This document shows, piece by piece, positions 1-9,348 of a stretch of DNA of 64,000 nucleotides. Made by a program: the position numbers and the translations under genes. Location of the stretch: the NCBI GenBank assembly GCA_041662525.1, contig JBAZSF010000002.1, positions 3,121 through 67,120 on the forward strand, in the 5' to 3' direction. The DNA is from Minisyncoccota bacterium. Its GTDB lineage: Bacteria; Patescibacteriota; Minisyncoccia; Phycocordibacterales; UBA9973. A model generated the notes under the pieces. That model saw nothing but the letters and a program-made list of their open reading frames with translations. It had not been told where the DNA came from and did no database searches. Each line of letters opens with the position of its first letter. The stretch's first letter is position 1.

Positions 1-8
1 CGACGACA

Positions 9-1805
9 GTGCAAACTTTTTATACAGACGGATATATTGAACAATATATTTCTGGTCTAGCTGAAAACACTACTTATTATTTTAGACTAGAAGTAACAAA
101 TAATTTCGGAACAGCATATTTAAATATTAACAACTTCACCACTCCTCAATGTACCCCTACTCCCCCTGCCCCTACTCCCATCCACGGAGGATGGAGTGAT
201 TGGAGTTATAAAAATACTCAATGCGGATTTACCGGCACTCAGACTCGTACTTGTACCAACCCTAGTCCAATGAATGGTGGAACTTATTGTGTTGGACCAG
301 CTACTCAGTCATATACAAATCCAGCGTGTTATGTACCACCACCATATATACCACCTGCTCCCATCCACGGAGGATGGAGTGATTGGAGTTATAAAAATAC
401 TCAATGCGGATTTACAGGCACACAGACTCGTACTTGTACCAACCCTAGTCCTGCTCATGGCGGAGCCTATTGTTATGGATCAGCTACCCAGTCATATACA
501 AATCCAGCATGTCCAGTAGTTCAGCAACCCACCGTTAACCTTTACGCTAACCCTACCAATATTCAAGCTGGACAAAACTCTACTTTGACTTGGAATTCCA
601 CCAACGCTACTTCTTGTTCCGCTTACTGGACGAACAGTACCGCTACCAATGGATCAGGTGTCGTCAATCCAAATGTTACTACTACTTACAGCATTACTTG
701 TTACGGTAATAGTGGTTTGAGTGCGACTGATTCTGCTACCGTGTATGTGAATCAAATTTATCAGCAAACTTGCCAAGATAGAAATGCTAATAATTATGGA
801 GGAACATTGCCCTGTGTATACAATATACAAACTTGCCAAGATTATAATGCAATGAATTACAGAGGAGCGTTGCCTTGCGTATATAGATCTGTTAATAACC
901 AACCTACGGTAACAGTCTATTCTGACCAAGTCAGTGTACCTTACAATGGAAGTGCTACCGTTCGCTGGATTACCACCAATGCATCTTATTGTAATGCAAG
1001 TGGTGGATCTGCTGGCTGGGCGGGAGTAAAAAGTATTGGCCCAGGAAGTTTCTACACTGGATCATTAACAAGCACTAAAACTTATACCCTTACTTGTAGT
1101 AACAGTTTCGGATCTGCCAGTGATTCAGAAACAATAACTGTTCGCGCAAAAACTGTTACCATCAATCCAAAACCTACTCCAACTTCGCTCGTACTTATCA
1201 CTTCTTCTATTAATCGAAATCAGCCAATCGTTCCTACAATTGATAACACCAGACCACGACCAGGAGATGAAATTAATTACACTGTAAGTTATCAAAATAT
1301 CGGTACTGGCGCTATTACCAATCTTAACCTACAAATAAATCTTCCTTTTGAAGTAGATTATATATCCTCTAATCCAAATAATCCGACTATCTCTGGTAAT
1401 ACTTTAATTTTTAGACTAGGAACACTCAAAGCAAATGGAGAAGGAACAGTAACCATAAGAACTCGAGTAAGAGATAATATTCCTGCTGGAACAAACTTAA
1501 ATTTCCCTGCAACTTTGAGCTACATTGATCCTTCAGGTCAAACTCAATCAGTAAATGCAAATGTTTCTGCGCAAGTATTAAGTAAAACAGAAAATATAAT
1601 TGCACCAATAGTACCACTCGGAGCAAATGTATTCTGGGCTGGTTTTCTTCCAACAAATCTATTCGGCTGGCTCTTCCTGCTTGTCCTTATTCTTATTCTA
1701 GTATATTTAGCCAAACACCTTTTTGATCAATCTTTTCACAAAAAAACTACGATCATTACTGATCAACCATCAGGGAAAAAGGTTACAACTACCACAGTAG
1801 AATAA
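9..1805 (+). CDS. Cell-surface repeat protein (5' partial): two thrombospondin type-1-like repeats, Ig/PKD-like ~90-aa repeats, DUF11-like domain, C-terminal transmembrane anchor
   Basis: ORF runs to window edge. Two near-identical segments '[43 protein letters not shown]' (WSxWS + Cys pattern of TSP1). Repeated 'T.TY.ITC..S.G.A.DS.T(V/I)' modules. DUF11-like '[17 protein letters not shown]'. C-terminal hydrophobic stretch '[14 protein letters not shown]'. Confidence 0.6.
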   Translation: MQTFYTDGYIEQYISGLAENTTYYFRLEVTNNFGTAYLNINNFTTPQCTPTPPAPTPIHGGWSDWSYKNTQCGFTGTQTRTCTNPSPMNGGTYCVGPATQSYTNPACYVPPPYIPPAPIHGGWSDWSYKNTQCGFTGTQTRTCTNPSPAHGGAYCYGSATQSYTNPACPVVQQPTVNLYANPTNIQAGQNSTLTWNSTNATSCSAYWTNSTATNGSGVVNPNVTTTYSITCYGNSGLSATDSATVYVNQIYQQTCQDRNANNYGGTLPCVYNIQTCQDYNAMNYRGALPCVYRSVNNQPTVTVYSDQVSVPYNGSATVRWITTNASYCNASGGSAGWAGVKSIGPGSFYTGSLTSTKTYTLTCSNSFGSASDSETITVRAKTVTINPKPTPTSLVLITSSINRNQPIVPTIDNTRPRPGDEINYTVSYQNIGTGAITNLNLQINLPFEVDYISSNPNNPTISGNTLIFRLGTLKANGEGTVTIRTRVRDNIPAGTNLNFPATLSYIDPSGQTQSVNANVSAQVLSKTENIIAPIVPLGANVFWAGFLPTNLFGWLFLLVLILILVYLAKHLFDQSFHKKTTIITDQPSGKKVTTTTVE

Positions 1806-1830
1806 AAAGTAGTTCAAAAATAGAGTACCA

Positions 1831-1862
1831 CAAAAAACAGCGTAAATTTACGCTGTTTTTTG
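1831..1862 (+). terminator. Rho-independent terminator (perfect hairpin acagcgtaaa/tttacgctgt followed by T-run)
   Basis: Sequence aaaaaacagcgtaaatttacgctgttttttgtgg immediately after the stop of the surface-protein gene. Confidence 0.65.
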
Positions 1863-1877
1863 TGGTATATTTATTAA

Positions 1878-2459
1878 ATGTTACCCAATGAAATAGATGA
1901 AGAAATCATTCTTTTGTATAAAAATGGTGACAGAAAAGCGTTTAAAATCTTAATTGATCGCTATACAAAATCACTTTATAATTTCACCGCACGCCTAACT
2001 AACAAAAATGATGCGTCTGACATAGTGCAAGAAATTTTTATAAAGGTATGGAAGAATATTGACCATTTTGATGAAGAAAAAGCGAGTTTTAAAACTTGGA
2101 TTTTTACTATTGCCAAAAATACCGCAACAGATTTTTTAAGAAAAAAAAAGAGTCTTTTGTTTTCTGACTTAGCTAAAATAGAGAATCTCGATCTAAACAA
2201 TGAAAACGAAAATTCTTTTGCAAAAAATATACCAGATGAAAATTTACTACCAGATGAAGCTATGCAAAAATTACAAGATAGTGAATTTTTAAATAACACA
2301 CTAAAGAAACTTCGCCCAGATTATCAAGAAATTTTGGTACTCCACTATCAAGAAGAAATGACTTTTGAAGAAATAGGGAAAATTTTAAACAAACCATTAA
2401 ACACTGTAAAAAGCTCTCATCGTAGATCCATTATGGAATTAAGAAAAATACTGAGATAA
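1878..2459 (+). CDS. ECF-type RNA polymerase sigma factor (sigma-70 family, regions 2 and 4)
   Basis: Region-2-like 'IVQEIFIKVWKNIDHFDEEKASFKTWIFTIAKNTATDFLRKKK' and region-4 HTH 'MTFEEIGKILNKPLNTVKSSHRRSIMELRKIL'. Confidence 0.8.
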   Translation: MLPNEIDEEIILLYKNGDRKAFKILIDRYTKSLYNFTARLTNKNDASDIVQEIFIKVWKNIDHFDEEKASFKTWIFTIAKNTATDFLRKKKSLLFSDLAKIENLDLNNENENSFAKNIPDENLLPDEAMQKLQDSEFLNNTLKKLRPDYQEILVLHYQEEMTFEEIGKILNKPLNTVKSSHRRSIMELRKILR

Positions 2460-2465
2460 AAATGC

Positions 2466-2545
2466 AACCCCCTCAATCCCCCTTGTCAGGGGGAATACAC
2501 ATCACCACTTCTCCTCGCCCTGATAAGGGAGAGGTTGGGAGAGGG
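2466..2545 (+). repeat. Hairpin-forming repeat (ccccct..aggggg plus 'ctcctcgccctgataagggagaggttggg' stem-loop), related copy at 57905-57955
   Basis: Two inverted repeats read directly. Core 'ataagggagaggttggg' recurs as 'ataaggagagggttgggg' inside ksgA. Confidence 0.45.
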
Positions 2546-2594
2546 TTGTGTTAATTTGCACCAAAATAATTTCTGTAACGTATATATCCCTAAC

Positions 2595-3011
2595 ATGCAA
2601 AACAAACTAACGAAAATATTCCAAAAAGCTAAATATGAGGGGAACTCGGATTTAACCCAAGATATATGGCATACGATAATCAAGCGCGAAAAACGTGACA
2701 CCAAAATCAAATTCTGGGCTTTTGCTTCTATGGGGTTCACTTCTTTTGTGGGGCTAGTGCCGGCTGTAAAAATATTAATAAATGATTTTACTCAGTCCGG
2801 TTTTTATGATTATTTTTCTTTGTTATTTTCTAACAGTGAAGTAGTTTTTTCATATTGGAAAGAATTAGGTTTTTCTTTGGCTGAATCTTTGCCGACAATG
2901 AGCATAACTCTTACCCTTTCTCTTGTATTTATTTTAATACTGTCACTAAAAAACTTAACAAAACAAATTATTAATAATAACCCTATAGGCAAGACCTATG
3001 GGGTGGCTTAA
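2595..3011 (+). CDS. Putative anti-sigma factor / small membrane protein (two predicted TM segments)
   Basis: Immediately downstream of ECF sigma. Hydrophobic segments 'FWAFASMGFTSFVGLVPAV' and 'MSITLTLSLVFILILSL'. ORF-track start 2535 likely too far upstream; Met at 2595 (MQNKLTKIF) chosen. Confidence 0.35.
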   Translation: MQNKLTKIFQKAKYEGNSDLTQDIWHTIIKREKRDTKIKFWAFASMGFTSFVGLVPAVKILINDFTQSGFYDYFSLLFSNSEVVFSYWKELGFSLAESLPTMSITLTLSLVFILILSLKNLTKQIINNNPIGKTYGVA

Positions 3012-3016
3012 ATTGT

Positions 3017-3493
3017 ATGGAAAAAATAAGTAGAGATATAAAAAAAGTTTTTGAGTCAAAAGTTTTTATAAAAATTCTTTATGGAATAGCAATTGCAATA
3101 GTATTGTTATTTGTTTTATCAATAGGAATTTCTATTGGATTTAGGAAAGCGTCTTTTGGACGTGCTTGGGGAGAAAATTATACACGCAATTTTGGCATGA
3201 TGCCAAATCGCCAAATGTTTGGCCGTGACAATTTTCCAAATGCTAATGGGGCAATAGGAAAAATTATAAAAATAGAACTTCCAACATTAATAGTGGAAGA
3301 CAAAAACAATACCGAAAAATTAATTTTAATAAAAGAAGATACAAAAATACAAAAAATGATGTCTGTGATTAATGCGAGCGATCTTACTGTAGATGATTAC
3401 GTTGTAGTGATAGGCTCTCCGAACAACCAAGGTCAAATAGAAGCCAAATTTATCAGAATAATGCCAGCCGGTATACCTGTTCCTATAAAATAA
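3017..3493 (+). CDS. Hypothetical membrane-anchored protein (N-terminal TM)
   Basis: N-terminal 'ILYGIAIAIVLLFVLSIGISIGF', SD-like ggtgg upstream; in operon with MFP/ABC genes. Confidence 0.45.
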   Translation: MEKISRDIKKVFESKVFIKILYGIAIAIVLLFVLSIGISIGFRKASFGRAWGENYTRNFGMMPNRQMFGRDNFPNANGAIGKIIKIELPTLIVEDKNNTEKLILIKEDTKIQKMMSVINASDLTVDDYVVVIGSPNNQGQIEAKFIRIMPAGIPVPIK

Positions 3494-3494
3494 T

Positions 3495-5171
3495 ATGAAA
3501 AACTTTTTAAATAAAATAAAATTATATATTCTTGCCCATAAAATTATCAGCATTATTGTGGTAATAATAATTTTATCATTAGGATATTGGATTTACGACA
3601 AGATCACTAGCACGACTGGTGATACACGTTACCTAACAGCCAAAGTGGAAAGAGGGGCAATAATATCTTCTATTTCTGGCAGTGGTCAAGTCTCGTCTTC
3701 GAACCAGGTAGACATAAAGGCTAAGGTATCTGGAGATGCTATTTATATAGCAGTCAAAAATGGACAAAAAGTATCTAAAGGCGCCCTAATTGCACAACTT
3801 GATAATACAGACGCTCAAAAATCCGTACGTGATGCAGAACTCAGTTTGCAGTCTGCAAAAATTTCTTTAGATAAATTAAAAATTCAAAACTCAAACGATA
3901 ATTTAAATGCTGACTTGGACAAGGCTTATGACGATGGTTTTAATGTCGTCTCTGATGCTTTTTTAGACTTACCATCAATCGTAACTGGACTTGAAAATCT
4001 TTTAGCTCAAAACAATCTTTCGGAGAATGCTGCGCGAATAAGCGGAAAAACTGCACAAAACTATAGAAGTGACGCTGAAACTGCATATTTTAATGCCAAA
4101 AAAGCATTTGATAGTAATAGAATATTTTACAGAACACTCAACCATAACTCCCCCACAGAAGATATAGATAAAATAATTAATCAAACCTACGAAACAACTA
4201 AGCTTGTAGCTGACGCAATAAAAAAACTCCGTAATTTTGTAGATTTTTTATCAGAAGATACAGGAAGGATTTCTGAATTTACTTCTTACCAAAACACACT
4301 TTCTACATACACAAATACAAACAACGGACATCTTGATAACCTTCTCACTACCACCACTAATATAAAAAATTATAAAGATGCTTTTCCTAACACCAGTCTG
4401 GATTTACAATCTGCGGAGCTCTCGATTCAACTGAAACAAAATGCTTTACAAGATGCAAAAGATAAACTTACAGATTATTTTATCCGTGCTCCATTTGATG
4501 GAATCTTGGCATCAGTAAATATTAAAAAAGCTGATTCTATTAATACAAGCACGGTTGTGGCGACACTTATTACAAAAACACAATTAGCTGAAATTTCTCT
4601 GAACGAGGTTGACGTAGCAAAAATAAAAATTGGTCAAAAATCTACTCTTACTTTTGATGCTATACCAGACCTTTCCATTTCTGGAGTGGTGGCAGAGATA
4701 GATACTATTGGAACAGTTTCACAAGGAGTTGTAACATACATTGTGAAAATAAGTTTTGACACTCAAGATGAAAGAATAAAATCAGAAATGAGTGTATCCG
4801 CTTCAATTATCACAGATATGAAACAAAATGTTTTAGTAGTGCCGAATAGTGCCATAAAATCCCTGCCCGCCAATTCAAGGGTGGGACAAGTTGGAAGAAA
4901 CTATGTTGAAAGTTTTGATACACCCTTGGCACTACCAACGGATAGATCAATAGGTTACATCTCAAAAATTAAACCGAATAAAATCCCAGTAGAAGTTGGT
5001 CTCACTAATGATAGTGATAGTGAAATTATTTCTGGAATTAAAGAAGGTGATGAAATAGTAATCAGAACCATCTTGCCTACAACAGCTACCCCCGCTACTA
5101 CTGCGCCTAGTCTCTTTGGTGGCACAGGAGGAAATAGAGGGAACACAAATACAAGAATCCAACCCAGATAG
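3495..5171 (+). CDS. Efflux periplasmic adaptor (HlyD/MacA-family membrane fusion protein)
   Basis: N-terminal TM, then biotinyl/lipoyl-like 'KVSGDAIYIAVKNGQKVSKGALIAQLD', long coiled-coil hairpin region and beta-barrel C-terminus. Directly precedes a MacB-like ATPase and permease. Confidence 0.75.
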   Translation: MKNFLNKIKLYILAHKIISIIVVIIILSLGYWIYDKITSTTGDTRYLTAKVERGAIISSISGSGQVSSSNQVDIKAKVSGDAIYIAVKNGQKVSKGALIAQLDNTDAQKSVRDAELSLQSAKISLDKLKIQNSNDNLNADLDKAYDDGFNVVSDAFLDLPSIVTGLENLLAQNNLSENAARISGKTAQNYRSDAETAYFNAKKAFDSNRIFYRTLNHNSPTEDIDKIINQTYETTKLVADAIKKLRNFVDFLSEDTGRISEFTSYQNTLSTYTNTNNGHLDNLLTTTTNIKNYKDAFPNTSLDLQSAELSIQLKQNALQDAKDKLTDYFIRAPFDGILASVNIKKADSINTSTVVATLITKTQLAEISLNEVDVAKIKIGQKSTLTFDAIPDLSISGVVAEIDTIGTVSQGVVTYIVKISFDTQDERIKSEMSVSASIITDMKQNVLVVPNSAIKSLPANSRVGQVGRNYVESFDTPLALPTDRSIGYISKIKPNKIPVEVGLTNDSDSEIISGIKEGDEIVIRTILPTTATPATTAPSLFGGTGGNRGNTNTRIQPR

Positions 5172-5196
5172 AGTCTAAAGCTATATCTAAAAAGAT

Positions 5197-5883
5197 ATGA
5201 TAGAAATAAAAAATATTACAAAAATCTACAAAACAGGAGATGTCGAGTTTAAAGCATTGGATAATGTATCATTTACCGTCAACGACGGAGAATTTGTAGC
5301 CATCATGGGTCCATCAGGCAGTGGAAAATCAACCCTGATGCATATGCTGGGAGCGCTAGACATCCCAACTTCTGGAACATATTTATTAGACGACAAAGAT
5401 GTCTCCACTTTATCGGATGATGAACTTGCAGATATTCGTCGAGATAAAATTGGTTTTGTTTTTCAATCTTTTAATTTATTACCAAGAACAACAGTATTGC
5501 GCAATGTAATGCTACCTTTAATCTATGCCGGCGTACATGGTGCAGAAAGAATTGAAAGAGCAAAAAAAGCACTTAGGTCCTCAGGTTTGGATGAAAATCA
5601 TTTTTATCATATGTCTAATCAAATTTCTGGCGGTCAGATTCAACGTGTAGCGATAGCTAGAGCTTTGGTCAACAATCCATCGCTCATCTTAGCGGATGAA
5701 CCAACTGGAAATTTAGATTCAAAAACAGGAGAAATAGTAATTGACACTTTCCAAAAATTAAATAAAGAGTTAGGTCGTACCATTATTCTTATTACTCACG
5801 AACAAGAAGTAGCTGAACATGCTGATAGAATTCTTTTTATAAAAGATGGGAAATTAATTGAGGATAGAAAAACACACAAATGA
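5197..5883 (+). CDS. ABC transporter ATP-binding protein (MacB/LolD family)
   Basis: Walker A 'GPSGSGKST', signature 'LSGGQIQRVAIARAL', Walker B 'ILADEPTGNLD'. Confidence 0.9.
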   Translation: MIEIKNITKIYKTGDVEFKALDNVSFTVNDGEFVAIMGPSGSGKSTLMHMLGALDIPTSGTYLLDDKDVSTLSDDELADIRRDKIGFVFQSFNLLPRTTVLRNVMLPLIYAGVHGAERIERAKKALRSSGLDENHFYHMSNQISGGQIQRVAIARALVNNPSLILADEPTGNLDSKTGEIVIDTFQKLNKELGRTIILITHEQEVAEHADRILFIKDGKLIEDRKTHK

Positions 5884-7097
5884 AATTAGTTGATATCACA
5901 AATGAAACATATAGTTCACTTTCTGCAAACAAAGCACGTTCAGGTCTTACAATGCTCGGTATAGTTATCGGTATTGCTTCTGTAATTGCCATGGTCTCTA
6001 TCGGGAATGGTGCAAAAGTATCTATCCAATCGAGCATAGAAGGTCTGGGCTCCAATCTTCTAACAATCATTCCCGGAATAGTTCAACCAGGACGCGGAAT
6101 CGTATCTTCTGGACGTGGCGCAGCTCAAACACTTAAAAATGAAGACATCGATGTTGTAAAATCAATAGATGGAGTGGGAGCTGTTTCCCCCGAAGTTTCG
6201 AGTAGATTTCAAGTAGTAGCAAGTGGAAATAATACCAATACTACTATAACGGGGGCTACGCCGGATTATGCAAATGTGCATAATATTGCAGTTGCAAACG
6301 GAAGCTTTATCTCTGGTGCAAATCAAAGAAGCATCGGCCGACAAGCGGTGCTCGGTGCGACAGTGGCGACAGATTTATTTCCCGATCAGGACCTCGAAAG
6401 TATTTTAGGTAAAACTATTCGAATCAATAAAGTTAATTTTAATATTATTGGGATTTTAGTGGCAAAAGGAGGCGCTGGATTTTCTGGTCCAGATGATATG
6501 ATCTTTGTCCCCCTTTCGACAATGCAAAAAATTCTTTCCGGATTTGATTATCTTTCCATGATGGTAGTTTCTGTCACAGACAAAAATAAAATGACAGAGG
6601 TAAAAGATTTGATAACTAATGCCCTGTTAGACAAACATCGCATAGAAGAAGCCGATTTTTCAATAATTTCTCAAGAAGATATTTTAGGCACCTTAACCAC
6701 CGTAATAGACACTTTTACACTTTTCCTTGCGGCTATCGCTTCTATATCACTCTTGGTCGGAGGTATAGGAATTATGAATATGATGCTCACGACCGTTACT
6801 GAACGTACAAAAGAAATTGGTTTACGAAAAGCTATTGGGGCAAAAAGAAGCGACATCAACACGCAATTTCTCTCGGAGGCTGTAGTGCTCACTTTTATTG
6901 GGGGTTTTATAGGAATTATTTTAGGATGGCTGATCTGCTTGATAGTAACGTCAACTGGACTTGTAAAAACTCAAGTCTCAATCTCTTCTGTTCTTTTAGC
7001 TTTTGGTGTATCAACAGTTATCGGTATTATCTTTGGATACTACCCTGCCCGCCGAGCAGGCATGCTCAATCCAATTGATGCGTTAAGGTATGAGTAA
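5880..7097 (+). CDS. ABC transporter permease (FtsX/MacB-type, with periplasmic MacB_PCD-like domain)
   Basis: Start overlaps ATPase stop (ATGA). N-terminal TM, large extracytoplasmic domain, three C-terminal TMs with 'GGIGIMNMMLTTVTERTKEIGLRKAIGA' FtsX motif. Confidence 0.85.
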   Translation: MKLVDITNETYSSLSANKARSGLTMLGIVIGIASVIAMVSIGNGAKVSIQSSIEGLGSNLLTIIPGIVQPGRGIVSSGRGAAQTLKNEDIDVVKSIDGVGAVSPEVSSRFQVVASGNNTNTTITGATPDYANVHNIAVANGSFISGANQRSIGRQAVLGATVATDLFPDQDLESILGKTIRINKVNFNIIGILVAKGGAGFSGPDDMIFVPLSTMQKILSGFDYLSMMVVSVTDKNKMTEVKDLITNALLDKHRIEEADFSIISQEDILGTLTTVIDTFTLFLAAIASISLLVGGIGIMNMMLTTVTERTKEIGLRKAIGAKRSDINTQFLSEAVVLTFIGGFIGIILGWLICLIVTSTGLVKTQVSISSVLLAFGVSTVIGIIFGYYPARRAGMLNPIDALRYE

Positions 7098-7098
7098 T

Positions 7099-7216
7099 TG
7101 TGAATTATGAAACATAACTTTTCGCGGGGTTTCGAGGCTGACGAGCCGAGAACTTCAGGATTTTTTAAGCTTCAAAAAATCTGTACCGAAGAAAAGTTTA
7201 TGTTTTGTAATTCAAA
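7099..7216 (+). mobile_element. MITE-like element sharing terminal inverted repeat TGTGAATTATGAAAC with element at 10189-10330; interior homologous (reverse complement) to 15236-15300
   Basis: 5' end 'tgtgaattatgaaac' right after macB stop; degenerate 3' end 'gttttgtaattca'. Internal 'gctgacgagccgag' shared with repeat family R1. Confidence 0.4.
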
Positions 7217-7217
7217 A

Positions 7218-7322
7218 TAAAAAAACCAAACAAATTATCTTTCTTTTTTCAGGTCCTCGGTTCTCCGGGTCCCTATCTCGGCCAGACCATGAAAAAATAA
7301 AATAATTTGTTTGGTTTTTTTT
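7218..7322 (+). repeat. 18-bp perfect inverted repeat (aaaaaccaaacaaattat / ataatttgtttggttttt) whose loop carries a copy of the GGTCTGGCCGGGATAGGGACCCGGAGAACCGAGGACC element (reverse orientation)
   Basis: Read directly; the loop element matches the in-frame inserts in ksgA (58276-58312) and pcrA (59694-59730). Confidence 0.5.
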
Positions 7323-8587
7323 TATTTTCTAATAGAATAATTACCAGTGGCTATCCATTTATAGGTAGTCATTTCTTTCGGACCCATGGGACCACGAGCG
7401 TGGATTTTAGAGGTGGAAATGCCAATCTCTGAGCCAAGTCCAAAGATAGCACCATCGGAGAATCTAGTAGAAGCATTTACGTAAACTACGGCCGCGTCTA
7501 CTTCATCTAAGAATTTCTGACAATTTTTTTTATCTTCCGAAAGAATTGCTTCAGAGTGTTTGGAAGAATATTTATTAATATGTTTTATTGCTTCATCCAC
7601 ATTAGAAATAATTTTTACGGACATTTTTTGACTTAAAAACTCTCGCCCAAAATCTTCTGCTCTTGCTTTTTTTAAAAGATTAACTGGATAACATTTTTTT
7701 AATATTTCAAAACTCCTTAAATCAGCAAAAATCTCTACTTCTTTTTGGATTAACAATTCAGAAACCATAGGAAGAAATTTTTCTGCTATTTCGCTGTGTA
7801 CTAATAGTGTATCTAAAGAATTACAAACACTTGGACGTTGTGTTTTGGCATTAAAAATAATTTTGGCGGATGCATCAAGTCTAGAAGAAACGTCCACAAA
7901 AGTATGACAAACTCCAGCGCCTGTTTCGATCACTGGTACTGTAGCGTTTTCTCTCACAAAATTTATCAAACTAGAGCTTCCTCTTGGGATAATTACATCC
8001 ACCAAACCATTGGCCGAAATAATATCTAAAACAGCATCTTTTATTTTTGGATCTATAAATTGAACAACTTCAGGATCCACCCCAGAAGACATTAGAACAT
8101 TTTTTATAATTTTATGAAGAATTATATAACTTTCTCTTGCCTCCTTCCCTCCTTTAAGTATCACCGAATTGCCAGACTTGATACAAATCGCAGATACATC
8201 CGTGGTCACATTGGGTCGTGATTCATAGATAACACCGATTAACCCTATTGGCACTCTCTTTTTGCAAATTTTTAATTCTTTATTTTCTTTACTATTTCGA
8301 CAATCAAAAACCTCACCAATTGGATCTGGCATATTTATCAAACTTTCTATTTCTTTAGCCATACTTTCAATACGTGCATCATTTAAAAGCATACGGTCAC
8401 GCATCGGATCACTTGGTGGAAGTTTTTTTAAATCTTTAGAATTCGCCATAATAATTAATTTTTTATTTTTACGCAATTCTTTGGCTAAATTTTTCAAAAT
8501 TAAAATTCTTTTAGCATGAGACAAAAGTCCGAATTTAAGAGATGCTACTTTTGCTTTATTTAATTGTTTTAATATGTTCTTATTCAT
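7322..8587 (-). CDS. proA: Gamma-glutamyl phosphate reductase
   Basis: Aldehyde dehydrogenase fold with ProA-typical 'VPIGLIGVIYESRPNVTTD' and 'SNVDEAIKHINKYSSKHSEAI'; last gene of the proB-proC-proA operon. Confidence 0.9.
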   Translation of the reverse strand: MNKNILKQLNKAKVASLKFGLLSHAKRILILKNLAKELRKNKKLIIMANSKDLKKLPPSDPMRDRMLLNDARIESMAKEIESLINMPDPIGEVFDCRNSKENKELKICKKRVPIGLIGVIYESRPNVTTDVSAICIKSGNSVILKGGKEARESYIILHKIIKNVLMSSGVDPEVVQFIDPKIKDAVLDIISANGLVDVIIPRGSSSLINFVRENATVPVIETGAGVCHTFVDVSSRLDASAKIIFNAKTQRPSVCNSLDTLLVHSEIAEKFLPMVSELLIQKEVEIFADLRSFEILKKCYPVNLLKKARAEDFGREFLSQKMSVKIISNVDEAIKHINKYSSKHSEAILSEDKKNCQKFLDEVDAAVVYVNASTRFSDGAIFGLGSEIGISTSKIHARGPMGPKEMTTYKWIATGNYSIRK

Positions 8588-9348
8588 TATTTATCCTGAC
8601 TTAATTCTTTTGCTCTTTTGTAGGAAGCTTTAACGGCTTTTGATACAATTCCTTTTAAATTTTCTTTTTGGAAAACATCGAGAGCTGCTTCTGTCGTCCC
8701 ACCCTTTGAAGCAACTTTTTTTACAAGGGAAGAATAATCATCTTCTTTTGCCAATAGAGCAGAAGCTAAAAAAGTATTTTCAACTAATTTTCTACTTTCA
8801 TTTTTGTTAAATCCTAAATCACCGCAAACCTGCATTAAACAATCCGCTAAAAGGAAAAAATACGCCGGACCACTGCCAGAGATGGCTGTTACTTTATTTA
8901 TAGTGTCTTCATTTTTAACTTCAAAATTTTCTGTGATTTTATTTATGAAATTTTTAGCTTTCTTTTTCTCTACTCCAGATATTCCTATTCCCTTCCAAGC
9001 AGCTATGCCATAACCCACAGAAAGTCCTAAATTTGGCATCATCCTGATAATTTTTTTGTGACCAGAAAGATGCACGAGTTCTTTGATTGATACACCAGCC
9101 ATAATTGAAATTATTATTGTTTTCTTGTTTAAATAATTTTTAATTTCCCCAATAGCTTCTTTTGATTCTTGGGGCTTTGTGGCTAAAATCAAAAAATCAG
9201 CTTCTTTTACTTTTTGAATGAAATTATTTATATTTGGTTTATCTTTATCAATACTAAAAACACTAATTTTAGGATCTTTTTTAGTAATTGTTTTAGTGAT
9301 AGCTTTACCCATCGTACCAAAACCAATAATTACAACTTTAGTTCTCAT
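8587..9348 (-). CDS. proC: Pyrroline-5-carboxylate reductase
   Basis: N-terminal Rossmann 'VVIIGFGTMGKAI', C-terminal 'SKGGTTEAALDV'; start/stop overlaps with proB and proA. Confidence 0.85.
   Translation of the reverse strand: MRTKVVIIGFGTMGKAITKTITKKDPKISVFSIDKDKPNINNFIQKVKEADFLILATKPQESKEAIGEIKNYLNKKTIIISIMAGVSIKELVHLSGHKKIIRMMPNLGLSVGYGIAAWKGIGISGVEKKKAKNFINKITENFEVKNEDTINKVTAISGSGPAYFFLLADCLMQVCGDLGFNKNESRKLVENTFLASALLAKEDDYSSLVKKVASKGGTTEAALDVFQKENLKGIVSKAVKASYKRAKELSQDK

Noticed and set aside
274-519. Many >60-aa ORFs lying inside or antisense to strong protein-coding genes (e.g. 274-519, 654-929, 1976-2299, 7838-8029, 11124-11330, 30105-30779, 37408-37977, 51535-52173, 61137-61940)
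   Set aside because: They overlap genes with clear homology-quality motifs and have atypical amino-acid composition (Leu/Phe/Ser-rich from AT-rich antisense). They were treated as six-frame artefacts.
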